Of a stretch of 64,000 nt of DNA, positions 63,605-64,000 are shown one piece after another. Position numbers and translations under genes: made by a program. Source of the DNA: Entomortierella parvispora E1425 (Eukaryota > Fungi > Mortierellomycota); NCBI GenBank assembly GCA_020891255.1, contig BQFW01000002.1, positions 1,426,001-1,490,000 on the forward strand, given 5' to 3'. Below the pieces are notes generated by a model, which ran no database searches, was not told the origin of the DNA, and saw nothing but the letters and a program-made list of their open reading frames with translations. Position 1 is the first letter of the stretch; every line of letters starts with the position of its first letter.

Positions 63605-64000
63605 ATGGGCCACAATGACCTTCCTGGCTACTGGGGGCCTTCTACATCCTCCATTGACTGGTGTGAAGGTAATAATGGTTCACCTCGATTCAGCCCTCAA
63701 GCCCTCATCTCATTCTTACCAATAGACACCCACTTTTTTTTTTGTATTTTTTTTTGCCTTAGACAACTATGTCGTGTCGTATTACATCGCCGAGTTCTTC
63801 AACTCCATATCGTCCTTTGCTATGATCATCTTGGGCGAAGCGGCTTGCCACAACATTGGTCGGCTACAGGCCGCTATGGACAAGGACAGCTCAAACTCAA
63901 CTACCAATCTCTTTCGCTACAAACTCGCCTTCCGCACCATCACGATCGTAGGCATCGGCAGTATCCTCTTTCACGGGACGTTGCTACACCACATGCAGAT
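63605..64000 (+). CDS. Alkaline ceramidase (YPC1/YDC1/ACER family), 5' part; runs off the window end
   Basis: MGHNDLPGYWGPSTSSIDWCE/DNYVVSYYIAEFFNSISS...VGIGSILFHGTL (CREST-family motifs). Confidence 0.93.
   Translation, partial: MGHNDLPGYWGPSTSSIDWCEGNNGSPRFSPQALISFLPIDTHFFFCIFFCLRQLCRVVLHRRVLQLHIVLCYDHLGRSGLPQHWSATGRYGQGQLKLNYQSLSLQTRLPHHHDRRHRQYPLSRDVATPHAD

Overview
Gene-dense, intron-containing eukaryotic DNA. It is fungal, most likely an early-diverging fungus of the Mortierellaceae/Mucoromycota type (inferred from gene content, GT-AG introns with CTAAC/CTGAC branch points and abundant microsatellites). About 24 protein-coding genes can be built by hand-splicing. Genes with family-level support: SERCA-type Ca2+ ATPase (first exon only), anillin/Bud4-like PH protein, F-box/LRR protein, 2OG-Fe(II) oxygenase, Myb+U-box-like protein, ribosomal P1, NIF3, TCAB1/WRAP53, LAMTOR5, HAUS1, ICE2, ERCC1, ARF6, an ankyrin protein, SPOUT1, MPP6, an Hv1 proton channel, an MCH1-like MFS transporter, phosphopantetheine adenylyltransferase and an alkaline ceramidase (partial). 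Two further genes are hypothetical. The two most striking items are (1) a ~3,550-aa gene (30923-42682) with tandem CH actin-binding domains, a long helical rod and a C-terminal GAS2/GAR domain, i.e. a spectraplakin-like architecture in a fungus, and (2) a spliced 76-aa two-TM microprotein (15322-15690, minus) that the ORF track misses and that resembles the bacterial lmo0937/DUF5670 family. I recognised no tRNA, rRNA, CRISPR array or intact transposon. All family assignments come from motif recognition, not database searches.
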